Positions 34,849-40,602 of a stretch of DNA of 40,602 nt are shown here, one piece after another; position 1 is the stretch's first letter, and each line of letters starts with the position of its first letter. The DNA is from a virus. Taxonomy: Duplodnaviria; Caudoviricetes. A program made the position numbers and the translations under genes. The notes under the pieces are model-generated. The model did not search any database. It was not told where the DNA came from and was given only the letters and a program-made list of their open reading frames with translations. The DNA lies in the IMG/VR virus record IMGVR_UViG_3300038492_000241, positions 1 to 40,602 of that record; one strand, written 5' to 3'.

Positions 34849-35017
34849 CTGCATATCTCCATTCTGATGTTTCATTAATTAGTTCTGAGCATAAAACGCC
34901 GTGAGAGTCTTCGATAATGCATTTAAATTTAATTCCAGTTTTATTATCTCTGACTTCTACAGCCCTGTTAGGCTCTGGTTTAGTTTTGATAATTTTGCGC
35001 CATGGGTTATTTTTCAT
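34841..35017 (-). CDS. Unannotated 58-aa DUF551-like protein
   Basis: GAGGT SD, ATGA coupling; MKNNPWRKIIKTKPEPNRAVEVRDNKTGIKFKCIIEDSHGVLCSELINETSEWRYADE. Confidence 0.7.
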   Translation of the reverse strand: MKNNPWRKIIKTKPEPNRAVEVRDNKTGIKFKCIIEDSHGVLCSELINETSEWRYADE

Positions 35018-35223
35018 TTAACCTCACTCCATTTTCTATAGTTGATATGATGACAGCCACGACCAAATATAGGCATTGTTATAGTCATGTTATCGCCTTT
35101 GTTGTCGGTTATTAGGAACAAGTCCCTGGCTATATGTCTTGCTTCATATTCTTTATTATTAGTTAATCTTGGTCGCTGCTTTGCTGGAACGTTTTGAGTT
35201 TTTACTTTGATTATTTTGCTCAT
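35014..35223 (-). CDS. Hypothetical protein
   Basis: ATGA-coupled ORF. Confidence 0.65.
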   Translation of the reverse strand: MSKIIKVKTQNVPAKQRPRLTNNKEYEARHIARDLFLITDNKGDNMTITMPIFGRGCHHINYRKWSEVK

Positions 35224-35450
35224 ATTTCAACCCTCACTATTGTCTCGTTAATTATGCATTTTACACCGCCATCAAGATTGAATGAGTGCAGGTCCCCATT
35301 AATAGATTTGCATTTTGCTGCTGAGTTTACTATAAGCTCTTCGTTTATAAATTCGCTTGCACCAAATATACTAACCAAAACAGTCGCGATAATTAAGACG
35401 ACCCCAGCAACTATTAATGCTGAGACAATATCATCTTTATCCATTTTCAT
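35220..35450 (-). CDS. N-anchored membrane protein with a Cys pair
   Basis: TM helix followed by KC...C domain; AAGGAG SD. Confidence 0.7.
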   Translation of the reverse strand: MKMDKDDIVSALIVAGVVLIIATVLVSIFGASEFINEELIVNSAAKCKSINGDLHSFNLDGGVKCIINETIVRVEI

Positions 35451-35487
35451 CTCCTTTCTTTTCTACTTTCTTTCTGAAGTTGAATTT

Positions 35488-35516
35488 AGTATACTTTGAG
35501 TCATGACGAAGGGCAA
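35488..35516 (-). promoter_or_regulatory. Sigma70-type promoter with CGTCATGAC in the spacer, in the divergent intergenic region
   Basis: TTGCCC-ttCGTCATGACtcaaag-TATACT (17-nt spacer). Confidence 0.7.
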
Positions 35517-35535
35517 GCAAAAAAGGAAGGAAAAT

Positions 35536-36501
35536 ATGGATAAAAACTTGATCGACAAACATAACAATTATGTGAATGAGCTGATAGAAACTCACAAGCC
35601 AGAACTAATGAGCGATAATGATAGATGGCATTTTAATAGAAGGTTAGGCATAGGAGGATCAGACATAGGCTCTATCCTAGGACTTAATAAATATAAAGGA
35701 ATGATACAGTTATGGGAGGAAAAGCGAGGCATATGTGGATCAGAGGAGCAATCAGAGCCCGCATACTGGGGTAATGTGCTAGAAAGCGTTGTTGCCGGTG
35801 AGTTCGCTAAAAGAAATGGGGTATCGTTGCAGGTGCCGAGCGATCACCTTTCATTGGCTAGTCATCCATGGGCTACTGCAAATGTGGACAGAAATATAGA
35901 TGAATGGGGCGATATACTCGAATGCAAAACAACCAGTGCGTACTCAAAAGAGTGGGGTGATGACCAGTCCGACGAGGTACCTCACTCCTATTATGCGCAA
36001 TGCCAGTGGTATCTAATGATCACCAAGGCTAGGAAATGTCATGTTGCATTATTGCAAGGCGGTAATAAATACCGGCAATTCTTGGTTGAGCCTGATGAAA
36101 AAATACAACAAATAATGTTAAAAAAGGCTACAAAATTTTGGTTTGATAATGTAATAGATAATTTAATGCCTGAGCCTAAAGCTATAGATATAAGTAATAA
36201 TTGCTTTAATGATAATGGTAATTCGATTACTGCTGATAGCCATCTAATCGAAAAGCTAAGCGAATTAAATTCGATACAAGGCGAGATAAATAATCTAAAA
36301 GAAAAAAAGGAGAAAATGATAGTTGATATTAAAAGCGCTATGGGCGATCATTCAATCGTGCTCGACGATCAAAACAATAAATTAGCCAGCTGGAAAAGCA
36401 GTAAACAAAATAGATTTTCAACATCTAATTTCAAAAAAGATTACCCTGATCTATATAAGCAGTATTTAGTCCAGTCAGAAAAGCGAACTTTTAAAATTTA
36501 A
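35536..36501 (+). CDS. YqaJ-like viral recombinase/exonuclease (start probably 35536)
   Basis: W...RRLGIGGSD....LG, WG..LE, ANVDR, ILECKT, YYAQCQWY. Confidence 0.92.
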   Translation: MDKNLIDKHNNYVNELIETHKPELMSDNDRWHFNRRLGIGGSDIGSILGLNKYKGMIQLWEEKRGICGSEEQSEPAYWGNVLESVVAGEFAKRNGVSLQVPSDHLSLASHPWATANVDRNIDEWGDILECKTTSAYSKEWGDDQSDEVPHSYYAQCQWYLMITKARKCHVALLQGGNKYRQFLVEPDEKIQQIMLKKATKFWFDNVIDNLMPEPKAIDISNNCFNDNGNSITADSHLIEKLSELNSIQGEINNLKEKKEKMIVDIKSAMGDHSIVLDDQNNKLASWKSSKQNRFSTSNFKKDYPDLYKQYLVQSEKRTFKI

Positions 36502-36509
36502 GGCAAACT

Positions 36510-37346
36510 ATGGATAATCAAATCACAAAAAGTCAAAACGTATTTTCATTAGCTCCTCAAAGCCTTCAGGAGGCAATGCATTATGCCGGCATTATAGCTA
36601 AATCAGGCATGGTTCCGAAGGATTTTAGAAATAACCCTGGCAATGTATTACTAGCTGTTCAAATGGGTGTAGAGCTTGGACTGCCTCCAACTCAAGCGCT
36701 GCAAAATATCTCAGTAATTAACGGCAAGCCTTCGCTATGGGGTGATGCCGTGCTTGGGATATGTAAGGGGTCAAGTCTTTGCGAATACGTTAGAGAGCGC
36801 TGGGACGATCAAACAAAAACAGCTACATGTATTGCTAAACGGCGCGGTGATAGCGAGGAAGTGGTAAGGACTTTTAGTTTTGATGACGCAAAAAAAGCAG
36901 GGTTGCTCAATAAGCAGGGCCCTTGGTCTCAATATCCTGAGCGCATGGCCCAGATGCGAGCAAGGTCGTTTTGTTTAAGAGATGCATTCCCAGACCTACT
37001 AATAGGTATCTCCGTAAGAGAAGAGCAGGAAGATATTGAAGAGAAGGATATTACACCACAAAAGCAATCGACTGTAGTACACGAAACTAGGCGAGAAGAA
37101 GTGCTCAGTTTGATTAGTGATGAGGAAGAGGCTGGAGAGACTGAGCAAGAACCTGTTGCCGAGTTAGTCGATGACGGCCCTACAGAAGAGGATATATTTA
37201 ATAATTTGCTGGTAGCGATTAGATCGTCTCGCACTATAGAAGATCTAGCAGAGCTGGATGAAACGTGCAAAACCCTTGGAGAAAAGGCTAAAAATGAGAT
37301 CAGAGTTCATTACTCAAACAGACTAAAAGAGATTAAAAATGCTTAG
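36510..37346 (+). CDS. recT: RecT/Red-beta-like single-strand annealing protein
   Basis: S.MVPK.F...P....LA...G.ELGL.P.QALQNI.VINGKPS.WGD; A..AGL....GPW..YP.RM...RA..F.LRD.FPD. Confidence 0.85.
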   Translation: MDNQITKSQNVFSLAPQSLQEAMHYAGIIAKSGMVPKDFRNNPGNVLLAVQMGVELGLPPTQALQNISVINGKPSLWGDAVLGICKGSSLCEYVRERWDDQTKTATCIAKRRGDSEEVVRTFSFDDAKKAGLLNKQGPWSQYPERMAQMRARSFCLRDAFPDLLIGISVREEQEDIEEKDITPQKQSTVVHETRREEVLSLISDEEEAGETEQEPVAELVDDGPTEEDIFNNLLVAIRSSRTIEDLAELDETCKTLGEKAKNEIRVHYSNRLKEIKNA

Positions 37347-37410
37347 CTTGATTGGGATATTACTCATAGTTACAGCTATTGTATTAATGATAGATTACCT
37401 GTCTGGCTAG
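37339..37410 (+). CDS. Possible 23-aa membrane peptide
   Basis: MLSLIGILLIVTAIVLMIDYLSG, overlapping the recT stop. Confidence 0.4.
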   Translation: MLSLIGILLIVTAIVLMIDYLSG

Positions 37411-37428
37411 CCCCCTTTGCGGGGCTTA
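37409..37428 (+). terminator. Hairpin, possible terminator
   Basis: AGCCCC-ctttgc-GGGGCT; weak U tail. Confidence 0.5.
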
Positions 37429-37441
37429 ACATATCCTTCAC

Positions 37442-37470
37442 TTGCCAACTAACCCATCATGACGTATAGT
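37442..37470 (+). promoter_or_regulatory. Sigma70-type promoter with CCATCATGACG in the spacer
   Basis: TTGCCA-actaacCCATCATGACG-TATAGT (17-nt spacer). Confidence 0.8.
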
Positions 37471-37508
37471 TAAATCAACAAGACAAACAACACAGCAGGA
37501 GCAGAAGG

Positions 37509-37727
37509 ATGGAATCACCAAATAATATATTTAAGCTAAGCGCAGTCATGTACACAGATGAAGAGGATATAGAAAAAACATTTGAATTTGACGCTCTGGA
37601 CTATTGCCAGTTTGAAAGTATTAGCTCTATAGAGGTTGCAATAGCTTCACAAATTGACCCAGGCTTTGTATTTGGTAGGTGCGCGCTGGAATTAATGGCA
37701 ACTAATATTTGGTATTTTAACAATTAA
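37509..37727 (+). CDS. Acidic hypothetical protein
   Basis: AGGAG SD; first gene after the promoter. Confidence 0.7.
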   Translation: MESPNNIFKLSAVMYTDEEDIEKTFEFDALDYCQFESISSIEVAIASQIDPGFVFGRCALELMATNIWYFNN

Positions 37728-37739
37728 AGGGCGTGCAAT

Positions 37740-37997
37740 ATGCAAATTAATCCCCAAGAAGTTAATAAATTAATAATTCACTGCTTTAAAATTGAGGACG
37801 TGGTGACAATAACAAATACATATCTAATGGCGATCGGTTTAGATGCAAAGGTTTATAGTTATGTACCTGCCAGTATTAGAGGTCTAATGCTGGATTTTTT
37901 AGAAAAAGGCGATCATTGTAATTTAGATTTATCGGATGCGTTAAGCGTTCTTAATTGCGCGTACGGTAGATGCAAGATGATTAAGGAGGATAAATAA
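37740..37997 (+). CDS. Hypothetical protein
   Basis: Packed ORF. Confidence 0.65.
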   Translation: MQINPQEVNKLIIHCFKIEDVVTITNTYLMAIGLDAKVYSYVPASIRGLMLDFLEKGDHCNLDLSDALSVLNCAYGRCKMIKEDK

Positions 37998-38362
37998 TGT
38001 TTAAATTGCAAGAAGGCGATGTTATTAGATGTGTTGATGATGGCGGAAATAGATATTACACAAAGCACAAATTATATACTATCAAAAATGATGGAGATGC
38101 AGGTCTTTGTGTATTTGTTAGCCAAGGAATAGCCGCTTACACTCCGTTAGAATTATGTTTTATCGAAAGCTCTATATGCAAATCTAAGTGGGAAATTGCA
38201 AAATGCGCTCAGTTAGAAGCTTATGTTCAGCAAGAAGTAAACAAATCATTAAACTCTAGCGACAAACTAAACATTGCCTCTGGTCGAGTTATTGTCGAGG
38301 AATCAAAATCTGACGGAGATAGAATAATGGATTCAATTAGAACTATTGGGAGGATGACATGA
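37997..38362 (+). CDS. Hypothetical protein (SH3-like N-terminus)
   Basis: AAGGAGG SD; EGDVIRCVD...YT..K.Y.I. Confidence 0.68.
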   Translation: MFKLQEGDVIRCVDDGGNRYYTKHKLYTIKNDGDAGLCVFVSQGIAAYTPLELCFIESSICKSKWEIAKCAQLEAYVQQEVNKSLNSSDKLNIASGRVIVEESKSDGDRIMDSIRTIGRMT

Positions 38363-38742
38363 AAGTAGATTATTTAGTTGTTCATTGCTCATACACGCCC
38401 GACGACAGAGGCGTTACAGCAGCCGAGATACACCAGTGGCACAAAGACAGGGGCTGGTCTGGAATTGGTTATCATCGAATAATTAACAGAGACGGCTCTG
38501 TTGAAGATGGTAGACCTGAATATTGGACAGGGGCGCATGTTAGAGGCTACAACAAGAAAAGTCTTGGAGTTTGCTTGATTGGTAGAAATGACTTTACGCC
38601 TGATCAGTACTCAACTTTAATATGGGTGCTAAAAGCATGGATAATTAGATACCCTGACGCTGAAATAGTAGGTCATTGCGATTTAGATCCTAAAAAAACC
38701 TGTCCGAATTTTGACGTGAAAGAATGGTGGAATAATGTTTGA
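38359..38742 (+). CDS. N-acetylmuramoyl-L-alanine amidase (T7 lysozyme-like endolysin)
   Basis: VVHCS, I..WH..RGW..IGYH, GAHVRGYN..SLGVCLIG, GH.DL...K.CP.F. Confidence 0.93.
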   Translation: MKVDYLVVHCSYTPDDRGVTAAEIHQWHKDRGWSGIGYHRIINRDGSVEDGRPEYWTGAHVRGYNKKSLGVCLIGRNDFTPDQYSTLIWVLKAWIIRYPDAEIVGHCDLDPKKTCPNFDVKEWWNNV

Positions 38743-38878
38743 GCAAAATGAGTCTTATGAAATAAAGCGAAGACAGCAAGCAGAGATTGATGAAAAAATA
38801 AAAGAATTTATAGAGAATGGCGGGAAAATAACAGAAGTGCCGCCAGAATCTAAAGAGGATATTGAGGATAAGTTTTAA
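38735..38878 (+). CDS. Unannotated 47-aa SutA-like RNA-polymerase-binding protein
   Basis: MFEQNESYEIKRRQQAEIDEKIKEFIENGGKITEVPPESKEDIEDKF; helix followed by EF...GGKI.EV.P, as in the SutA core. Confidence 0.65.
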   Translation: MFEQNESYEIKRRQQAEIDEKIKEFIENGGKITEVPPESKEDIEDKF

Positions 38879-38904
38879 TCAAATAAATAATAGAGGATTG
38901 AATT

Positions 38905-39117
38905 ATGGATGGATTTGTTACAGGCTTGATGGTTGGGTTTTCGGCAAGTTGTTTTGCAATGATTACCGTAAACTATAATGATGAATCAAAGTATCTTGCA
39001 TCTAAAATGAAATGCGAAACGCTTTATGGAGAACTGGTTGAATATGATAGAGCTGGTGAAGTAGTGTGTGACTTAAAGGGCGTTAAAATTTATACAGAAC
39101 TGAAGAGCGGGATATAA
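38905..39117 (+). CDS. N-anchored membrane protein with a Cys pair, paralog of 35220-35450
   Basis: GAGGA SD; hydrophobic N-terminus followed by KC...G.L......G.V.C. Confidence 0.68.
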   Translation: MDGFVTGLMVGFSASCFAMITVNYNDESKYLASKMKCETLYGELVEYDRAGEVVCDLKGVKIYTELKSGI

Positions 39118-39470
39118 TGGACAAAGAAGGAATTAAAAAGCATAAAACGGTGTTTGATGCTTGGCTGGATGGGGCTGAGGTTGAAGTCAAGTATTGTGAT
39201 GAGGCTGGTTGGCTGCCATGTGATGAGCCAATGTTTTTATCTGATTATGATTACAGAGTAAGAGTGATTCCGAACAGCAGCTTTGAGACAATGGGGCCTG
39301 GTTATCATTGGGTAAAGCTTAAGAATTTGGTTCCTGAACATGTAACTTTGATTTGGATGTGGCGAGACAGTGTTTTTAAAGTTGGTGATGACAAAGAAAT
39401 CTCTATTGATGAAGCGCAAGATATCTATTCATACTTAGGACCTGTTGAGCCTTATAAAGGAGATAAATAA
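39117..39470 (+). CDS. Conserved phage hypothetical protein
   Basis: H......AW.DGAEVE......W.....P.F.....YRV motif. Confidence 0.72.
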   Translation: MDKEGIKKHKTVFDAWLDGAEVEVKYCDEAGWLPCDEPMFLSDYDYRVRVIPNSSFETMGPGYHWVKLKNLVPEHVTLIWMWRDSVFKVGDDKEISIDEAQDIYSYLGPVEPYKGDK

Positions 39471-39895
39471 TGAATGGCGTAAATAAAGTAATAATTGTTG
39501 GAACTCTTGGTCAAGATCCAGAATTAAAATTCATGAATAATGGTAATGCTGTAGTTAATTTCAGTGTTGCTACTAGCGAGAAGTGGAAAGATAAAAATAC
39601 TGGTGAGAAAAAAGAATTGACTGAATGGCACCGCGCGTGCATATTCGGAAAACTAGCAGAAATAGCTGGACAGTATTTAAAGAAAGGTTCAAAAGTTTAT
39701 CTGGAAGGCAAACTTCAAACTCGTAAGTGGGAGAAAGATGGACAGGATCGCTACACAACTGAGATAATCGCTAATCAGATGCAGATGCTAGACAGCAAAG
39801 GGCAGCAGGATAGTGGCGGGTTTCAGAGCAATAGCGATACGCCAGCGCCTAAGCCGCAAGGTGGTGATGATTTTGACGACTCAGTGCCTTTTTAG
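39470..39895 (+). CDS. ssb: Single-stranded DNA-binding protein
   Basis: [41 protein letters not shown]-terminal DFDDSVPF. Confidence 0.97.
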   Translation: MNGVNKVIIVGTLGQDPELKFMNNGNAVVNFSVATSEKWKDKNTGEKKELTEWHRACIFGKLAEIAGQYLKKGSKVYLEGKLQTRKWEKDGQDRYTTEIIANQMQMLDSKGQQDSGGFQSNSDTPAPKPQGGDDFDDSVPF

Positions 39896-39899
39896 CGAC

Positions 39900-39919
39900 A
39901 AGCCCTTCGGGGCTTTTTT
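39900..39919 (+). terminator. Intrinsic terminator
   Basis: AAGCCC-TTCG-GGGCTT-TTTT. Confidence 0.9.
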
Positions 39920-39945
39920 ATGTCTGAAATTAATTAAACTTTAAC

Positions 39946-39974
39946 TTTACCAATAACCCATCATGACGTATATT
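39946..39974 (+). promoter_or_regulatory. Sigma70-type promoter with CCATCATGACG in the spacer
   Basis: TTTACC-aataacCCATCATGACG-TATATT (17-nt spacer), right after the ssb terminator. Confidence 0.72.
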
Positions 39975-40011
39975 TAATATCAATAGAGGCGCAAACAAAA
40001 AAGGAAAAATC

Positions 40012-40101
40012 ATGGGCTACTTAGAAATGTTAATGATAATTTCAGCATCTGGCGCAGCATGGACATTGGTAGTAGCTATTCTAGCAAAAAAATATATATA
40101 A
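40012..40101 (+). CDS. Unannotated 29-aa membrane peptide
   Basis: AAGGA SD; MGYLEMLMIISASGAAWTLVVAILAKKYI. Confidence 0.55.
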   Translation: MGYLEMLMIISASGAAWTLVVAILAKKYI

Positions 40102-40111
40102 GGAGATTCGC

Positions 40112-40240
40112 ATGATTACAAGGACTGTAAAAGTTAAGAGAGTAATAAGCTGGAACTGCTGCGGGTCTGCTAAAGTAACCAATATTAAAATAATTTGCAC
40201 TAAATTTCTTGGAATAACTGTAAAAATAAAGGTTGATTAA
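40112..40240 (+). CDS. Unannotated 42-aa basic protein
   Basis: AAGGAG SD; MITRTVKVKRVISWNCCGSAKVTNIKIICTKFLGITVKIKVD; stop abuts the next ATG. Confidence 0.55.
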   Translation: MITRTVKVKRVISWNCCGSAKVTNIKIICTKFLGITVKIKVD

Positions 40241-40582
40241 ATGAAAACTTTTACGAAAGAAGAGTTAAATGTAATTTTAAAAGATCATAAAAAATGGCTA
40301 AATAATGAAGGCGGCAAGCGTGCTGACTTGCGGAATGCTGACTTGCGGGGTGCTGACTTGTGGGGTGCTAACTTGTGGGGTGCTAACTTGTGGGGTGCTA
40401 ACTTGCGGGGTGCTAACTTGCAGGGTGCTAACTTGCGGAATGCTGACTTGCGGAATGCTGACTTGCGGGGTGCTGACTTGTGGGGTGCTAACTTGTGGGG
40501 TGCTAACTTGTGGGGTGCTAACTTGCAGGGTGCTAACTTGCGGAATGCTGACTTGCGGAATGCTGACTTGCGGGGTGCTAAC
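40241..40582 (+). CDS. Pentapeptide repeat protein, 5' part (continues across the contig junction)
   Basis: ATG at 40241: [37 protein letters not shown]..., the typical N-terminus of phage pentapeptide proteins; not in the ORF track because it has no stop. Confidence 0.92.
40322..40582 (+). repeat. Same 15-bp pentapeptide-coding tandem repeat; overlaps the contig start
   Basis: About 17 units; 40407-40582 is identical to 35-210. Confidence 0.95.
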
Positions 40583-40585
40583 GTG

Positions 40586-40602
40586 GATCGTGACTGGGAA
40601 AC
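40586..40602 (-). other. Random-amplification primer tag (reverse complement), technical artefact
   Basis: GATCGTGACTGGGAAAC is the exact reverse complement of 1-17. Confidence 0.95.

Noticed and set aside
29894-39895. Lysogeny module, tRNA genes or alternative genetic code
   Set aside because: No integrase or CI-like HTH-peptidase; no cloverleaf found by eye; genes are intact under the standard code
1-40602. 17-bp terminal inverted repeat suggesting a linear genome or transposon ends
   Set aside because: It is the amplification primer sequence GTTTCCCAGTCACGATC, and it interrupts a coding repeat at both ends

Overview
An apparently complete ~40.4 kb genome of a short-tailed (P22/LUZ24-style) dsDNA phage, probably infecting a Gammaproteobacterium (inferred from the SSB, DnaB and a SutA-like peptide). 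The first and last 17 nt are the random-amplification primer GTTTCCCAGTCACGATC and are an artefact. The contig breaks inside a pentapeptide-repeat gene, and 35-210 is identical to 40407-40582, consistent with circular closure at about 40,372 bp. The minus strand carries the morphogenesis operon (terS, intein-containing terL, portal, GroES-like protein, scaffold, decoration protein, major capsid, gp4/gp10-like tail proteins, ejection proteins, tailspike, holin) and a replication/early block (RHH regulator, initiator, DnaB, DUF3310, many small ORFs). The plus strand carries a YqaJ exonuclease, RecT-like protein, T7-lysozyme-like amidase, SSB, pentapeptide protein, PD-(D/E)XK nuclease and MazG-like NTP-PPase. 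I saw no integrase, CI-like repressor, DNA polymerase, tRNA, RT or CRISPR. Highlights: (1) a 321-aa terminase intein whose HNH homing endonuclease is overprinted in a different reading frame with its own Shine-Dalgarno; (2) a stand-alone ~55-nt sRNA with a consensus promoter, a terminator and two CCUCCU anti-SD motifs; (3) an RTCATGAC(G) operator-like motif inside five sigma70-type promoters, plus an unannotated RHH protein; (4) an unannotated SutA-like RNAP-binding peptide; (5) several hidden paralog families of small proteins. All family calls are by eye, without database searches.
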